NCBI GenBank assembly: GCA_032718475.1
Contig: JAUCBJ010002207.1
Span: 1 to 60,087 of the forward strand
From: Nemertoderma westbladi
Lineage: Eukaryota > Animalia > Xenacoelomorpha
DNA length: 60,087 nt
Direction: 5' to 3'
The notes beneath the pieces are model-generated. The model was not told the origin of the DNA. It was given only the letters and a program-made list of their open reading frames with translations, and did no database searches. The translations under genes and the position numbers were made by a program. Positions 59,474 through 60,087 of this stretch are shown one piece after another (the stretch's first letter is position 1; each line of letters starts with the position of its first letter).

Positions 59474-60087
59474 ACAGTCTGGGCAAAGTACCGAAAACGG
59501 AATATACTCAACCTAAACCCAAGCATAGTGTGGCGAATGCGCTTCCGAAAGTGAGGCAGTCACTACCGTATGCGGCTACTCATGGGACTACAAGTGCATT
59601 GAGACCTGGGAATAGAACCACATCGTGGCAGGGACAGAGAAAAAAAACAACAACAACAGTAGATATAAAGCAAACACCCCCAGTAGGCCGAGTCCAAACA
59701 ACCAAAACACTAAACCACTCGACATGAATCTGAATGCGATACACAATGCATTATATAAGGAACGCTACAACCCCGATTACAAATGTCAATTGCCATAGAC
59801 TGTAAGCATTGGCAGGCATTGCTTAAGCAAGATCAAATAGCTTATACTGGAAAATTTGGACTATGTCATTGATGTGCGGTAGGAGGACACAGGAAGGATC
59901 AATGTCAAGAACATCCGATTAAGTATGCCGAGACTGACGAAACTGGAGGCCAACCGATGGCGACGAGCACCACGAGAATTCGGAGGAAGGGAACAGTACT
60001 ACTCGGAGTAATATCAGTAAGAATGATTGGGGAAGACGGACTAGTGATAACAACAATGATGCTAGTCGATAGTGGAGCAGCATTCAC

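Larger units (their letters stand above)
46773..60087 (+). mobile_element. Older decayed BEL/Pao element interrupted by nested insertions
   Basis: Coiled-coil E/R-rich remnants at 47550-48130; gag ELPPMEPFKFDGSKPKEYLQF..LDREFGHP at 50578-50913, resuming at 59035; Cys/His remnants near 59790-59905; protease MLVDSGA at the window end. Confidence 0.75.

Overview
AT-rich, repeat-dense eukaryotic DNA, probably from a marine invertebrate (inferred from the TE repertoire and GT-AG introns; no prokaryotic features). Two host gene fragments can be rebuilt by hand. (1) The 3' end of a + strand ShKT-domain gene: ShKT exon 5269-5400 and a terminal exon 5896-6080 encoding a six-Cys domain; the end and splice donor of an upstream ShKT exon are amplified into a 52-bp array (1-1111). 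(2) The 3' part of a - strand membrane/GPI-anchored mucin: PTS exon 44658-46208 and terminal exon 27114-27841. The rest is nested mobile DNA: an Academ-like TIR element; a 12-kb CMC/EnSpm transposon with a disabled transposase and a 7-exon second gene carrying a 123-bp coding repeat; hAT- and MULE-type MITEs; Helentron-like elements; a Penelope-like element with an inverted 3' copy and hammerhead motifs; a CR1/L2-group LINE with a 2A-like motif; CRE- and RTE-like fragments; decayed BEL/Pao copies; and one intact, very young BEL/Pao element (51069-59029). The most unusual signal is two unrelated sequences in which a minimal hammerhead ribozyme motif sits between tRNA-type Pol III A and B boxes (26465-26567 and 18814-18915). 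All calls are by eye, without database searches or folding software.
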